Notes under the pieces: model-generated
The model's input: only the letters and a program-made list of their open reading frames with translations
Told to the model about the DNA's origin: nothing
Databases searched by the model: none
Translations under genes and position numbers: made by a program
Source: a virus
Taxonomy: Duplodnaviria > Caudoviricetes
Virus record (IMG/VR): IMGVR_UViG_3300017716_001697
Coordinates: 96,001 to 160,000 of that record
DNA length: 64,000 nt
Direction: 5' to 3' (one strand)
In this document: in pieces, positions 63,208-64,000 of the stretch
Position numbering within the stretch: position 1 is the stretch's first letter
Layout of the letters: the number at the start of each line of letters is the position of its first letter

Positions 63208-63459
63208 ATGGCACTTTCAGACGCAAATCTAATCAGATTAAAACAGCTAGTAAATGACGGAGTACAGGTACTTCAGGAATGTGAAGACCTTAAGACAGGT
63301 CTTAGCGAAACAGTAAAAGCAATTGCTGAAGAATTAGAGGTAAAGCCAGCACAGCTTAACAAGGTTATTAAGATTGCACATAAAGCAAATCTTAATAATG
63401 TACGTGCGGATTTTGAAGAGGTAGAAGACCTGCTTACACAACTTGGCAGGGGCATTTAA
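63208..63459 (+). CDS. T4 DsbA/GapR-like dsDNA-binding protein
   Basis: LKQLV..EDLK.GLSETVKAIAEELEVKPAQLNKVIKIAHK; AGGAG RBS. Confidence 0.65.
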   Translation: MALSDANLIRLKQLVNDGVQVLQECEDLKTGLSETVKAIAEELEVKPAQLNKVIKIAHKANLNNVRADFEEVEDLLTQLGRGI

Positions 63460-63460
63460 G

Positions 63461-64000
63461 TTGTACGTAGACGCCCTTTTTAAAAAGGGTGGTGAAGCAG
63501 AAGTAATTAGGTTGGTAGAACGTGTAAACGGCCAACGTATTTACTCCGAGTACCCACCTGATTATCATTTCTATCTGAGCGACCCAAAGGGTTCGCATAA
63601 ATCTATATACGGCGATGTAGTTAAGAAAATTGCACCACGCACATATGTAGAAAAACAAAAACTACTAAAAACACTATCTTACAATTCTAAGAAGTGGGAA
63701 AGCGATGTTGATCCCATTTTTAGATGTTTGGAACAGAACTATGCATCTGGCGACGCGCCAGCATTGCATGTAGCATTCTTTGACATTGAAACCAGCTTTG
63801 ATAAGGATTCCGGCTGGTCTGATCCTGCAGATGCTAAAAATTACATAACTTCTGTTTCTATTCACTTACAGTGGATAGACGAAATTATATGTCTTGCTAT
63901 CCCACCAGACACAATGACGTGGGACGAAGCACAAGTGATTGCAACAGAAGTAGGTAATGTAGTCTTATTCGATAAAGAAGAAGACATGTTAAATGCATTC
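63461..64000 (+). CDS. Family B DNA polymerase (T4 gp43-like), N-terminal part, truncated by window end
   Basis: Hand translation from TTG 63461: MYVDALF..VERVNG..DPKG..SIYG..WESDVDP..HVAFFDIETSF (ExoI); open to the end and absent from the ORF track. Confidence 0.85.
   Translation, partial: MYVDALFKKGGEAEVIRLVERVNGQRIYSEYPPDYHFYLSDPKGSHKSIYGDVVKKIAPRTYVEKQKLLKTLSYNSKKWESDVDPIFRCLEQNYASGDAPALHVAFFDIETSFDKDSGWSDPADAKNYITSVSIHLQWIDEIICLAIPPDTMTWDEAQVIATEVGNVVLFDKEEDMLNAF

Noticed and set aside
1-64000. Alternative genetic code (stop-codon recoding seen in some huge phages)
   Set aside because: Long conserved genes read through in code 11, and TAG (1755, 11542, 15074) and TGA (11312, 15603, 16532) end genes right before the next start or terminator.

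Overview
This is a 64 kb segment of a large, lytic T4-like (jumbo/huge-type) myophage genome in the standard genetic code, almost entirely on the + strand. There is no tRNA, CRISPR array or transposase. Nucleotide and cofactor metabolism: class II RNR, ThyA, dCMP deaminase, two MazG-like enzymes, a HAD nucleotidase, NadM-Nudix plus NAMPT (NAD salvage), and FolE plus QueD. Replication: gp44-like clamp loader, family B polymerase (cut by the window end), a DnaE fragment and exonucleases. Host-like proteostasis and translation: ClpX, ClpP, ClpA, ClpS, DnaJ, Hsp20, GroES, bS21 and IF-1. Fe-S: SufD-like and ErpA. It also carries putative head-internal proteins and a tail-fibre/structural block. Regulation is readable from the sequence: sigma70-type TTGACT-N17-TAYAMT promoters, about 16 T4-late-like ATAAATA promoters and many intrinsic terminators. 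The most notable unexplained signals are RNA-level: (i) an identical GAG-AUAGA-CUC hairpin 28-29 nt upstream of both NAD-salvage genes; (ii) a roughly 400-nt ORF-free region packed with helices and GNRA loops at 43.0-43.4 kb; (iii) a ROSE-like thermometer on hsp20 and a covarying hairpin shared between two late leaders; (iv) apparently leaderless late mRNAs in a phage carrying bS21 and IF-1. All functional calls come from motif recognition by eye; no database searches were run.
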